This document shows, piece by piece, positions 38,444 to 47,659 of a stretch of DNA of 64,000 nucleotides. A model generated the notes under the pieces. That model worked only from the letters and a program-made list of their open reading frames with translations, did no database searches and was not told the DNA's origin. The translations under genes and the position numbers were made by a program. The stretch is from Candidatus Latescibacterota bacterium (GTDB lineage Bacteria; Latescibacterota; UBA2968), in assembly GCA_965207885.1 (NCBI GenBank), contig OZ242311.1, positions 3,712,001-3,776,000 of the forward strand, read 5' to 3'. Every line of letters starts with the position of its first letter. Position 1 is the first letter of the stretch.

Positions 38444-39457
38444 CTATCCCGTCATTCCCTCCAACTGCAATACATCGCTCAAATGACATCGCACCGCATG
38501 CCCTGGTGCGATCTCGCGCAATTCTGGCACTTCCTCCTTACATTGATCCTCAGCATAAGGACAGCGCGGATGAAACGCGCATCCCGAAGGCGTATCCCCG
38601 GGATCCGCTACCTCGCCAGACAGCAAAACGCGCTTCTTCTTTCGTTTGGGATCTGGATTGGGCACCGCCGACAAAAGTGCCTCGGTATAGGGATGCGCCG
38701 GACTTTGAAAAAGCTGATCAACCGGAGCCAATTCCACAACCTTACCCACATACATCACCGCCACGCGGTCGGAAATATGGCGCACCACACTCAAATCGTG
38801 CGCGACAAACAAATACGTCAACCCGAACTTTTCTTGCAACTCCTGAAGCAAATTGAGCACCTGCGCCTGCACAGAGACATCCAACGCGGAAACGGGTTCA
38901 TCCGCCACGATCAACCTGGGATGCAATGCCAGTGCCCTCGCAATGCCAATACGCTGCCGCTGCCCCCCGCTAAAAGCGTGTGGATACCGCCGCAAAAAAT
39001 GGGGATTCAACCCCACCTGAGCGAGCAATTCCCGCACGCGCGTCTCCCGTTCGAGGCGATCTGAGACCCCATTGACCAGCAGCGGTTCACCAATAATATC
39101 GAGCACCGTCATACGCGGATTCAAAGAAGCGTAGGGATCTTGAAAAATCATCTGCATATCGCGGCGCAGCGACTTGAGCACATCGTGGGGCGCCCGTGCA
39201 ACATCGATCTCCTCGCTATCCTTGCGGAACCACACCTCGCCAGCCGTAGGAGCTATCGCCCGCAAAATCGTGCGCCCAACCGTTGTTTTACCCGATCCAC
39301 TTTCCCCAACCAGCCCCAGGCACTCACCCTCAAACAAATCAAAACTCACGCCATCTACGGCTTTGACCTGACCGACAACCGTATTAAAAAAACCGCGCGT
39401 GATGGGAAAATGCTTTCTCAAATCGCGCACCCGCAGCAGGGCGTTCTGTTCACGCAT
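38444..39457 (-). CDS. Peptide/nickel-family ABC ATPase (OppF/DppF-like)
   Basis: [26 protein letters not shown]-terminal C.FHPRCP...C...H...C. Confidence 0.94.
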   Translation of the reverse strand: MREQNALLRVRDLRKHFPITRGFFNTVVGQVKAVDGVSFDLFEGECLGLVGESGSGKTTVGRTILRAIAPTAGEVWFRKDSEEIDVARAPHDVLKSLRRDMQMIFQDPYASLNPRMTVLDIIGEPLLVNGVSDRLERETRVRELLAQVGLNPHFLRRYPHAFSGGQRQRIGIARALALHPRLIVADEPVSALDVSVQAQVLNLLQELQEKFGLTYLFVAHDLSVVRHISDRVAVMYVGKVVELAPVDQLFQSPAHPYTEALLSAVPNPDPKRKKKRVLLSGEVADPGDTPSGCAFHPRCPYAEDQCKEEVPELREIAPGHAVRCHLSDVLQLEGMTG

Positions 39458-39480
39458 CGCGCACATCCCCTCGGCAAAAC

Positions 39481-39558
39481 AGCGAATCAACGAATCAGCG
39501 AATCAACGAATCAGCGAATCAACGAATCAGCGAATCAACGAATCAGCGAATCAACGAA
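39481..39558. repeat. Tandem repeat (AGCGAATCAACGAATC) x ~4.9, i.e. ~10 alternating 8-mers
   Basis: Read directly from the sequence. Confidence 0.97.
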
Positions 39559-39579
39559 CCCCGCCCATCCTCCCAAAGC

Positions 39580-39605
39580 ATGTGCTGACATGATGTGCTG
39601 ACATG
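39580..39605. repeat. 13-bp tandem duplication ATGTGCTGACATG x2
   Basis: Read directly; followed by GTCAGTA, near-inverted to TGCTGAC. Confidence 0.85.
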
Positions 39606-39633
39606 ATGTAAGTCAGTATCAGTGTGTATCGCC

Positions 39634-39671
39634 ATTCGTCTATTCGTCTATTCGTCTATTCGTCTATTCGT
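39634..39671. repeat. Tandem repeat (ATTCGTCT) x ~4.75 overlapping the OppD-like stop codon
   Basis: Read directly; inverted relative to the 39481 array. Confidence 0.95.
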
Positions 39672-40653
39672 ACAGCACACACGCAACCGCATGCCCATCT
39701 CCAACAGCGAGCAATTCTGGCCTATCGCCCGCATTGCACACCCCATCCTGCGCCACTTCACATCGCGGATGAAAAGGACACCCCTGCAATTGCGTATAGG
39801 GATCGGGCACGGACCCCCTGATCGTCTGCAACCGCGTCTTTCTCGCCCGGGTCATTCCCGGGATAGATTGCATCAGCGCCTGTGTATAGGGGTGTTTGGG
39901 ATTTTCAAAAATCTCCTCTGTCGCCGCGTGTTCCACAATGCGCCCCATATACATCACCGCAACCTCATCTGACATCTCTGCGACCACACCCAAATCGTGT
40001 GTAATCAACATAATCGACATCTGAAATTCGTCTTGCAAATCGCGCATCAAATCCAGTATCTGTGCCTGAATCGTGACATCTAATGCCGTCGTGGGTTCAT
40101 CGGCAATCAACAGTGATGGACGGCACGAAAGCGCCATGGCAATCATCACGCGCTGTCGCATCCCACCGCTCATCTCGTGCGGATATTGTGCAAACCGCCG
40201 CTCCGCATCCGGAATCCCAACCCGATCCAGCATATTTACGGCGAGTGACCGCGCTTCTTCACCCCGCAAATCGAGATGCAGCCGAATCGCCTCCACAATT
40301 TGAAACCCCACCGTATGCACCGGACTCAGCGACGTCATCGGCTCCTGAAAAATCATCGCAATCTCGTGCCCGCGAATCGCGCGAATATCCTCGCCCTCCT
40401 CGTCCAGATCCGTCAAATAAATCTCGCGGTCGGGACGATGCAAAACAATCTCGCCCTCCACAATCCGCCCGGGTGATGACACCAGGCGCAATGCCGAAAA
40501 AGCCGTCACACTCTTCCCGCACCCACTCTCCCCCACAATACCCATCGTCTTTCCCCGGGGAATATCCATCGTCACGCCATCCACAGCGCGAACCGTTCCC
40601 TCATCGAGAAAAAAGTGCGTCTTCAAATTATTTATGGTCAACACATTGTCCAA
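39664..40653 (-). CDS. Peptide/nickel-family ABC ATPase (OppD/DppD-like)
   Basis: GESGCGKS, MSGGMRQR, DEPTTALD, CPFHPRC. Confidence 0.94.
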   Translation of the reverse strand: MDNVLTINNLKTHFFLDEGTVRAVDGVTMDIPRGKTMGIVGESGCGKSVTAFSALRLVSSPGRIVEGEIVLHRPDREIYLTDLDEEGEDIRAIRGHEIAMIFQEPMTSLSPVHTVGFQIVEAIRLHLDLRGEEARSLAVNMLDRVGIPDAERRFAQYPHEMSGGMRQRVMIAMALSCRPSLLIADEPTTALDVTIQAQILDLMRDLQDEFQMSIMLITHDLGVVAEMSDEVAVMYMGRIVEHAATEEIFENPKHPYTQALMQSIPGMTRARKTRLQTIRGSVPDPYTQLQGCPFHPRCEVAQDGVCNAGDRPELLAVGDGHAVACVLYE

Positions 40654-40654
40654 A

Positions 40655-41407
40655 TCACACGGCCCCTTTTGCCCGCGCTATAAACGCCTTTGCACCCTCT
40701 TGCAGCCACCCGGTGCTATTCACCAGCATCATCTGCACCCCGGTAGCGGCGAATTTCCCGACATTGTCTGAGGAAGTCATCGTACCCGCTATACGTCCCG
40801 ACGCGATGATCTTTGCAAGCGCGTCGTCAATCGTCTTTTGCACCACTTTATTTTCTAAATCGTCAATATACCCCATCGACGCCCCCAGATCTGAAGGCGC
40901 GACAAAAAACACATCGATCTGACCCACAGTCAGAATCTCATCCAGATTCTCCACCGCGACAATATCTTCAATCAAAATGGTGAGCAATACTTCGTCATTC
41001 GCCTTAGCAAAATAATCCGCAACCCCATAGCCCTGCCGACTCGTGAACATACCGCGCTGACCAATGGGCGCGAACCGCCCGCCCGCCACGACATTTTCCG
41101 CTTCTTCGCGCGTATTCACATGCGGCACCACAATACCCTGCGCCCCCCTGTCCAGGGTGCGATAAATAAGCGTCTGATCATTGCGATTCACGCGCACAAT
41201 CGACGTCATGCCCCACAGATCACAGGCGCGCGTGAGATTGCCCAACTCGTCAAAAGCCATAGGGCCGTGCTCACCCTCAATCCATATCCCATCAAAATTT
41301 GCGGGACCAAATGCGTCGATATCATCCGCGTGCGTAAAACCACCGGCGATGTACGCCTGTTCGCCGCGTCGCAACTTGTGTTTTACCCGATTCTGTCGAA
41401 GTTCCAT
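40655..41407 (-). CDS. HpcH/HpaI class II pyruvate aldolase family
   Basis: WIEGEHG, VRV, LDRGAQGIVVPHV, P.GQRG, LIED, APSDL. Confidence 0.9.
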   Translation of the reverse strand: MELRQNRVKHKLRRGEQAYIAGGFTHADDIDAFGPANFDGIWIEGEHGPMAFDELGNLTRACDLWGMTSIVRVNRNDQTLIYRTLDRGAQGIVVPHVNTREEAENVVAGGRFAPIGQRGMFTSRQGYGVADYFAKANDEVLLTILIEDIVAVENLDEILTVGQIDVFFVAPSDLGASMGYIDDLENKVVQKTIDDALAKIIASGRIAGTMTSSDNVGKFAATGVQMMLVNSTGWLQEGAKAFIARAKGAV

Positions 41408-41419
41408 AAGTCTAATCCC

Positions 41420-42556
41420 CTAACGTGAATAAGGATCGGCGGCGTCGCGCAGACCGTCGCCTACAAAATTAAATGCGAGCACAGTAATAATCACAAAAAT
41501 CACAGGCGTCAAAAGCCACGGCTGAAAAGCCACAGCCTGAACATTTTGCGCCTCTTTCAACAGCACGCCCCAACTCGTCACCGGCGGACGCAGCCCAAGA
41601 CCGAGAAAACTCAGTGAAGTCTCGCCCAAAATCATACCCGGCACAGCGAGCGTCAAACTCACGATAATATGGCTCATAAACGAAGGCAGTAAATGCCGCG
41701 TCATAATCCGCCAGCGACTCGCGCCGGCAAGCAATGCAGCAGTTGCGAAATCCTCTTCGCGCAACGACAAAATTTTCCCGCGCACCTGCCGCGCCAAACC
41801 CGTCCACCCAATAAAGGACAGCACAACCGTAATGCCCATATAGATTTGCAAGGGCGACCACGATGAAGGCAGTGCCGCAGCCAGAGCCATCCACAGCGGA
41901 ATAGATGGAAAAGACCTGAGAATCTCAATCCCGCGCTGAATGAGATTGTCGATCCAACCCCCGTAGTACCCGGACACCACGCCGATCACCAGACCAAACA
42001 CAAAACTCAGTGTCACCCCCACCAGCCCTATCGTCAGCGAAATGCGCGAACCGTAAATAATCCTCGAAAGCAAATCCCGCCCGAGATGATCCGTACCCAA
42101 CAGAAAAAGCGTCCCCTCATCATCAACGCCAAAAAGATGGATATCCGTCTCAAACAAGCCCCAGAACCGATAGGGTGCGCCTCGCACAAACAACCGTACG
42201 GCATAGCGTTGCGAGCGGTCTTCGATATAGAACTTCCGAAGCGTTTCCGGATGTCGCACGCCCTTGATCCCATACACAAACGGCCAGAAATGCACGCCCT
42301 CATCCGACACAAATTGCAAACGCTGGGGCGGAGCAAACGCATAGGCAACCTGCCGATGATTGAGCGTATAAGGCGCCAAAAACTCGCAAAATACAGCCAC
42401 CACATAAAGCGCGACAATAACCATACCCGCAGCCATCGCCAGGTGGTGCTTGCGAAACTTCCACCACATCAACTGCCACTGAGACGCGGCATAAGCCTCC
42501 GTTTCCCCGGTCAGCACATCTTGCTCGACCACCTCTTCTCGTCTGGGCATAGCCAT
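41420..42556 (-). CDS. ABC permease (OppC/DppC-like)
   Basis: LGTDHLGRDLLSR, EAA loop, SFLGLG...SWG, GDGLRDAADP. Confidence 0.94.
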   Translation of the reverse strand: MAMPRREEVVEQDVLTGETEAYAASQWQLMWWKFRKHHLAMAAGMVIVALYVVAVFCEFLAPYTLNHRQVAYAFAPPQRLQFVSDEGVHFWPFVYGIKGVRHPETLRKFYIEDRSQRYAVRLFVRGAPYRFWGLFETDIHLFGVDDEGTLFLLGTDHLGRDLLSRIIYGSRISLTIGLVGVTLSFVFGLVIGVVSGYYGGWIDNLIQRGIEILRSFPSIPLWMALAAALPSSWSPLQIYMGITVVLSFIGWTGLARQVRGKILSLREEDFATAALLAGASRWRIMTRHLLPSFMSHIIVSLTLAVPGMILGETSLSFLGLGLRPPVTSWGVLLKEAQNVQAVAFQPWLLTPVIFVIITVLAFNFVGDGLRDAADPYSR

Positions 42557-43552
42557 CTAATGCTCTCCCTCTTCGTATCGAATGCGCGGATCGAGCCACA
42601 ACAACAAAATGTCTGAAATGAGCGTACCGACAAGCGTCAACAGGCTCAACATCATCACCATACTGCCCGCCAGATACATATCCTGATTCATAAGCGCGCG
42701 CAATAACAGCGGTCCCGTCGTCGGCAACCCCAACACCACCGACGTAATCGTCGCCCCAGACACAATACCCGGCAAAACCCATCCCACAGTACTGACGAGC
42801 GGATTGAGCGCCACACGCACCGGATACCGCATCAGCAACACCCAGTAGCGCACGCCTTTGGCGCGGGCAGTCATCACGTATTGTTTCCGCAATTCATCCA
42901 GCAAATTGCCCCGCATCACCCGTATCAATCCCGCCGTACCCGACGTGCCAATCACAATCACAGGGATCCACAAATGCCAGAGCAAATCGAGAAATTTGCC
43001 AAAGGACCACGCCGCACTCTGATACTCCGGTGAAAACAGACCGCCTGCACTCACCCCAAACACGGAATACCCGATGTACATAAAAATGAGCGCGAGCAAA
43101 AAATTGGGCGTTGCAAGCCCGATAAAGCCCAAAAACGTAAAACAATAATCCGGCAGTGAATACTGCTTCACAGCCGAATAAATCCCAACCGGAATCGCCA
43201 GTGCCCACGTCACCAGTAGCGTCACAATCGAAATAATAGACGTCAGCAAAATGCGTTCGCCAATCAGCTCTGTCACGGGGCGATTCCACTCAAACGACAT
43301 CCCCAAATCACCCTGCACCATGCCGGCCAGCCACCGCCAGTATTGCACCATAAAGGGCTGATCGAGATTGTACCGCGCCCGCAGTGCCGCAGCCTGCGCC
43401 TCATCCACCGTCTCCCCCGTCTCACCCAGCGCAGCAATATACGACGTGAGATAATCCCCCGGTGGAAGCTGGATAATTGAAAACGAAATAAATGAGATGA
43501 TTACCATCGTGGGAATCATCCAGAGTAAGCGTTTGACGATGAGGACGAGCAT
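42557..43552 (-). CDS. ABC permease (OppB/DppB-like)
   Basis: QLPPGD, GDLGMSF, TARAKG, LDPRIRY. Confidence 0.94.
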   Translation of the reverse strand: MLVLIVKRLLWMIPTMVIISFISFSIIQLPPGDYLTSYIAALGETGETVDEAQAAALRARYNLDQPFMVQYWRWLAGMVQGDLGMSFEWNRPVTELIGERILLTSIISIVTLLVTWALAIPVGIYSAVKQYSLPDYCFTFLGFIGLATPNFLLALIFMYIGYSVFGVSAGGLFSPEYQSAAWSFGKFLDLLWHLWIPVIVIGTSGTAGLIRVMRGNLLDELRKQYVMTARAKGVRYWVLLMRYPVRVALNPLVSTVGWVLPGIVSGATITSVVLGLPTTGPLLLRALMNQDMYLAGSMVMMLSLLTLVGTLISDILLLWLDPRIRYEEGEH

Positions 43553-43585
43553 ATAAAAATTTCCTGGGAGGTGAAAAAAACTATC

Positions 43586-43612
43586 CGCAGATGACGCAGA
43601 TGACGCAGATGA
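43586..43612. repeat. Tandem repeat (CGCAGATGA) x3 plus a degenerate fourth unit
   Basis: Read directly. Confidence 0.9.
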
Positions 43613-43635
43613 GTGGAGATAAAAATATTTTAAGT

Positions 43636-44214
43636 TCAGCCATTATGTTCCTCAGACCCTTCTTTGGTCCGTTGCAATAATTCAGACAAATTTAGAGCGT
43701 TTGCCCAGTGCTTCAGGTAATCCCAATCTAACCTGTCCCCCTGTACTTTTAAGATACCCGATACATCCCGTAATTGCCGATCTGAAACTTCGCCACCTTT
43801 TCGAAACCAGATCAATTTTTGCAGTACAATATCCTCTGGCGTTGCCACGATCAATTGCGTGTCAGCAATGGTCTGCGGCCTTCGACGACGCATTTCTTCG
43901 CGGTCAATCGCATCAGAACCAGGTACAAAAATATCTACCTTAATCATTGTTTCGAGATGGATAACATTGAAGGAACTGTGCTGAGAGACAGCGCGAATAA
44001 CGTCTTCTTCTTCGATGTAAAATGCGTTTTGGGTATTTGCAATAAGAGCTTGAATATGGTGTTTCTTCAGTTCTGCAACCATGTCGATATCCTGTGTGGC
44101 GCGAGGCTCTCCGTAGATTGAACTGGCAATTGATCCTCCCACCAGATATGGAATATCCAGATTTTCAAAAATTTCAGCCATTTGCAGGGCGACGCAAAGG
44201 GGTTCAGAAATCAC
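43636..44214 (-). CDS. Nucleotidyltransferase-fold protein (TA toxin-like)
   Basis: YLVGGSIAS..YGEPRATQDIDMV (GS...DxD), KVDIF, ATPEDIVLQKL..R..DRQ.RD, LD.DYL..WA. Confidence 0.8.
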   Translation of the reverse strand: MISEPLCVALQMAEIFENLDIPYLVGGSIASSIYGEPRATQDIDMVAELKKHHIQALIANTQNAFYIEEEDVIRAVSQHSSFNVIHLETMIKVDIFVPGSDAIDREEMRRRRPQTIADTQLIVATPEDIVLQKLIWFRKGGEVSDRQLRDVSGILKVQGDRLDWDYLKHWANALNLSELLQRTKEGSEEHNG

Positions 44215-44215
44215 G

Positions 44216-44482
44216 TCAATAGCCCTCTTTGTATGGGTCCCATCCGAATGCTTTAATCATGGTCTGTCGGGGAAGCCGCAATGCGCCGAGACGAAGGCGA
44301 ATTTCTCGCTTATCTGCCTCGGGATACCTGCTGCGAATGCCCGCAACTGCAAGGTCTGTACACGCCTGAGAGAGTTGGGATATCTTCTCGGCTTTTTCGT
44401 GTGGTGTCATTCTCCGATACGCTTCAATGAGCAGGCGTTCTACCCTGAGATTCGTGTCCCGCGATTGTGTTTTATAAGCCAT
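44216..44482 (-). CDS. Small helical partner protein (putative antitoxin)
   Basis: 88 aa, DT...YRRMTP.EK...GIR.RYP...EIR.RL; stop lies 1 nt before the NTase start; GGAG RBS. Confidence 0.7.
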   Translation of the reverse strand: MAYKTQSRDTNLRVERLLIEAYRRMTPHEKAEKISQLSQACTDLAVAGIRSRYPEADKREIRLRLGALRLPRQTMIKAFGWDPYKEGY

Positions 44483-44592
44483 ACGACTCTCCAATTTGAA
44501 CAATTACCTGTTCGTCTATGAACTGGCCTGTGGATGGTGTACAACGAGCCGCTTTTCAGGCTTGTTCACCGGCCAGTTGTACACCGCTCCGT

Positions 44593-46689
44593 CTATTCCT
44601 CCATCGCATAACACTCAACCGCCGTATTACCGGGCGTGCGAAATGCCCAGCCGGACATCGCGACCTCGGGCACATTGCGAAATGAATTTTTGACCAGATA
44701 AAACGAGGGCAATGCCCCCACCGTGCCGATAACCCACAGGTTCTTTCGATTCAAATCGATAATTTCTCCCATAAGCCTGACCTGTTCATCTTCGTCAATC
44801 GTCTTCTCAATCTCCCAAAACAGCTCAATACACCGCCGCATATCCCTGGGGGGTTCTTCGCCTCGTTTTTTCTCCGTGCGATACCAGCGCGCATAATCCA
44901 CCGCGTGTACAGACTCATCGCTAAATGGAACGAGCCAGCGCGGATCCAGAACAGCGATCTGCTCATCTGACCCGCCCCACACGCCAACATCGTGCAACAA
45001 ACCCTTTTTGCGCTCGTAAAACAACTGCCGCGCTTCTTCCTTGACTTCTGAATGCACCCCCACCGCAGTCCAATAACTCGCCACCAGTTCCAGAATGCGA
45101 TTGTTCAGAGACGTCGTCTCAATATAGAGCTTAATAGGTGCCCCATCTGCCCGCAATCGCATGCCATTTCTCCCGCGCTTCAAACCCATCTCGTTGAGCA
45201 ATGCATTTGCGCGGTCCGGATCGTATTCGATATATGCACGCTCGTAATCCGCATCGTAAAACGGTGACGATGGCGGCGGACAAACCTGCCGTGGCTTCCC
45301 AATTCCAAAATAATCTGCCTCGTTTAATTCATCGCGATTCAGCGCAAGTGACAGGGCTTTTCTAAAGCGGTGATCCCCGATAATTCTCTTCATCTCCGGA
45401 TCGCGGTGATTCAAATTCAACGCCAGGATATTTGACCCCGCCGATCCATTGATCCAATGCACAACCCGATAATCGCCCTTCTTTCTCCCCTCCATAAACA
45501 GCGGATAATTCTGGAACTGCAGGTGCCGCCCCTGCATGCCTATTTCCCCGTTGATCGCCTTGAGATTAATCGTTTCGGGATCAAAAATCTCAAAGGTCAT
45601 GCGGTCGATGTACGGCAATTGATTCCCAGCGGAATCGACCTTCCAATAATAGGGATTGCGCTCCAGAACTGCCGGGCGCGCAGGCGGTGGCGCAACCACA
45701 ATCCATGGCCACAAACGCGGGATATCCGGATTGCGCCAATCGCGCATATCTTCAAAAAGCTGCTTCCACAAATCAAATCCCGCAGCCTCACTCATCGCCT
45801 CGAGCTTTTCTAAAGACGTGTACTTCGGATGAAATTGCTTCATATAATGGGCGGGATAGCGCAACATCTCATAACCGCGCCCCGACGCCAACTTCACAAC
45901 AAACAACCCATTGGGTTCCAAAAATGTGAACCGCACCGTATAATCATCGACCTTCTCCAACCCCATCACCCGTCCACCCCGTTTAAAATCGCGCGGAACA
46001 ACAGGCGTTATCTCCTCATTTTGCAACACATCCTCATACCAGAAAATCAAATCATCAACCGTAAACGGATGTCCGTCCGACCACCTGACCCCTTTTCGCA
46101 AAAAAAATATAAAACTGCGCCCCCCATCGGCAATCTCCCACCGCACTGCCAGATTGGGGATCACCTCCTGCGCCATCGCATCCCACCGCACCAACCCTTC
46201 ATACGCAAACCGGGCTTCGACAATACCCACATCGCGGGGACCAGTGGCAAACCGCGTCCACGTCCCCCCATAAGGCCCATGCTGTTGCGGCGGTACAATA
46301 ACAAGAGGATCTTCCGGCAGGCGTTCCGATACCGGCGGCAGGATCCCTTCTCGCACCCGCTGGGCGAGCATAGGCGCTTCACCCAATCGTCCACCCGACC
46401 ATTCTACCACCCGATGCACCGCCCCCGTTGCCTCGGGATGGCGATTGGGAATCTCAACATCCGCCATCACTGCTTCAAGGTCCCGCGCCCCATCTGCCTG
46501 CACCACAGGCACAACACCATCCTCGGGCGCACGCACCAGACTGCCCATCACAGCCTCAAATTCCGATGCCCGTTGTATAGCATCCGGATCGCGTGGCGAA
46601 AGGTAAAACGCGACATATCCCATCCCCTGCACCAGAAGCACAAAACTGGCAAAAACACCGATAAGCGCGATCCACACTTTAATTCCCAT
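44593..46689 (-). CDS. ABC substrate-binding protein, family 5, with N-terminal membrane anchor/extension
   Basis: EAPML..V..G.LPPV.ERLP.DP, YGGT, LRKGVRWSDGHPFT.DD, ERNPYYWKVD..GNQLPYID. Confidence 0.92.
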   Translation of the reverse strand: MGIKVWIALIGVFASFVLLVQGMGYVAFYLSPRDPDAIQRASEFEAVMGSLVRAPEDGVVPVVQADGARDLEAVMADVEIPNRHPEATGAVHRVVEWSGGRLGEAPMLAQRVREGILPPVSERLPEDPLVIVPPQQHGPYGGTWTRFATGPRDVGIVEARFAYEGLVRWDAMAQEVIPNLAVRWEIADGGRSFIFFLRKGVRWSDGHPFTVDDLIFWYEDVLQNEEITPVVPRDFKRGGRVMGLEKVDDYTVRFTFLEPNGLFVVKLASGRGYEMLRYPAHYMKQFHPKYTSLEKLEAMSEAAGFDLWKQLFEDMRDWRNPDIPRLWPWIVVAPPPARPAVLERNPYYWKVDSAGNQLPYIDRMTFEIFDPETINLKAINGEIGMQGRHLQFQNYPLFMEGRKKGDYRVVHWINGSAGSNILALNLNHRDPEMKRIIGDHRFRKALSLALNRDELNEADYFGIGKPRQVCPPPSSPFYDADYERAYIEYDPDRANALLNEMGLKRGRNGMRLRADGAPIKLYIETTSLNNRILELVASYWTAVGVHSEVKEEARQLFYERKKGLLHDVGVWGGSDEQIAVLDPRWLVPFSDESVHAVDYARWYRTEKKRGEEPPRDMRRCIELFWEIEKTIDEDEQVRLMGEIIDLNRKNLWVIGTVGALPSFYLVKNSFRNVPEVAMSGWAFRTPGNTAVECYAMEE

Positions 46690-46701
46690 ACGGATAATAC
46701 C

Positions 46702-47439
46702 TCATCTACTATATGCCCCACTGACAAACTTTTCAATCTCACCTCGCCCCCGCGCAATAGCTTCATCGACGAAACGCGCTTTTATACTCTCATCAAAAAA
46801 CGCATCTGCCCGTCTCCTGTTCTCAGCAAGATGCTTTTCCATATCATCAGACAGGGGGCGCCCTATCATCTTGAGAAATATCTGCTCGAGAACAACGGGG
46901 TCTGCATTCTCTGCCCACCCCCGCGCGCGTCTCACAAATCGGGATACTGTTGCGCGATCAATAAACCCCACCTCTCCACGCCCTTCAAACCGATCCAGCA
47001 CCTCCGCGACACCTGGATAATTAATGGGCAATTCATCTACATAAGACCACAACCCGTAAATAATGGGCCGCCAGTCTTCAATACCGTGTACATAAATCGT
47101 CACCTCATCGCGAAACGCTTCATCCGTCGTCAGATGCGCGATATACCCCATCAACAAAACGCGATCTCGCGGATCCATATTCTGATAATCCGCCAGATCG
47201 GGATGCGCCTCAAACATACCCGAAACGGATTTGCCCCACGTCTCGCGCTGCTCCTCCGTGTAAAAATGTGATCCGTACTTGCCCATCTTTCCGAGCAAAC
47301 GCATCGCATCTGGCGCCATAGAACCCGCCACAAGCTCCGGCAAATACTGCCGATTTAGAGCACCTACCTCAGGCAAATCGCGCTCGAGCTGTACCTGCAA
47401 CTCGAGCACCAGCGCAAAATGACACCGCCCACGAGGCAT
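46702..47439 (-). CDS. Zinc-dependent phospholipase C / S1-P1 fold protein
   Basis: N-terminal MP....H, GSMAPD, SHFY, GYIAHLTTD Zn-ligand pattern. Confidence 0.7.
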   Translation of the reverse strand: MPRGRCHFALVLELQVQLERDLPEVGALNRQYLPELVAGSMAPDAMRLLGKMGKYGSHFYTEEQRETWGKSVSGMFEAHPDLADYQNMDPRDRVLLMGYIAHLTTDEAFRDEVTIYVHGIEDWRPIIYGLWSYVDELPINYPGVAEVLDRFEGRGEVGFIDRATVSRFVRRARGWAENADPVVLEQIFLKMIGRPLSDDMEKHLAENRRRADAFFDESIKARFVDEAIARGRGEIEKFVSGAYSR

Positions 47440-47452
47440 CCGTCTTCCTTTC

Positions 47453-47659
47453 TTAATCAGAATCCAATTGCAATTCTGTTCGTATTTCAGAGTATGCCCG
47501 AAAACCCGTCGCCGTTTCAACCGCCCGATCCAGATCTAAAGCGTCTTCCAAATCCTCAAGCCGTTGCATCAAAGCGCGATAATCTTTGATTGATAGCAGG
47601 ACTGCGGTCTTCCGCCCCTTTTCATCCACGACATATTTTGGTTTGATATTGAGCATCAT
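47453..47659 (-). CDS. Small Phd/YefM- or RelB-like antitoxin
   Basis: KYVVDEKGRKTAVLLSIKDY..L...LEDLED pattern typical of type II antitoxins. Confidence 0.7.
   Translation of the reverse strand: MMLNIKPKYVVDEKGRKTAVLLSIKDYRALMQRLEDLEDALDLDRAVETATGFRAYSEIRTELQLDSD

Noticed and set aside
39481-39671. Possible CRISPR array
   Set aside because: Units are 8-16 bp and directly adjacent with no unique spacers; no cas genes in the window.
39140-39821. ORFs with ESANQRISE / SSIRLFVY peptide repeats
   Set aside because: They are translations of the DNA microrepeats and lie antisense to the ABC ATPase genes.
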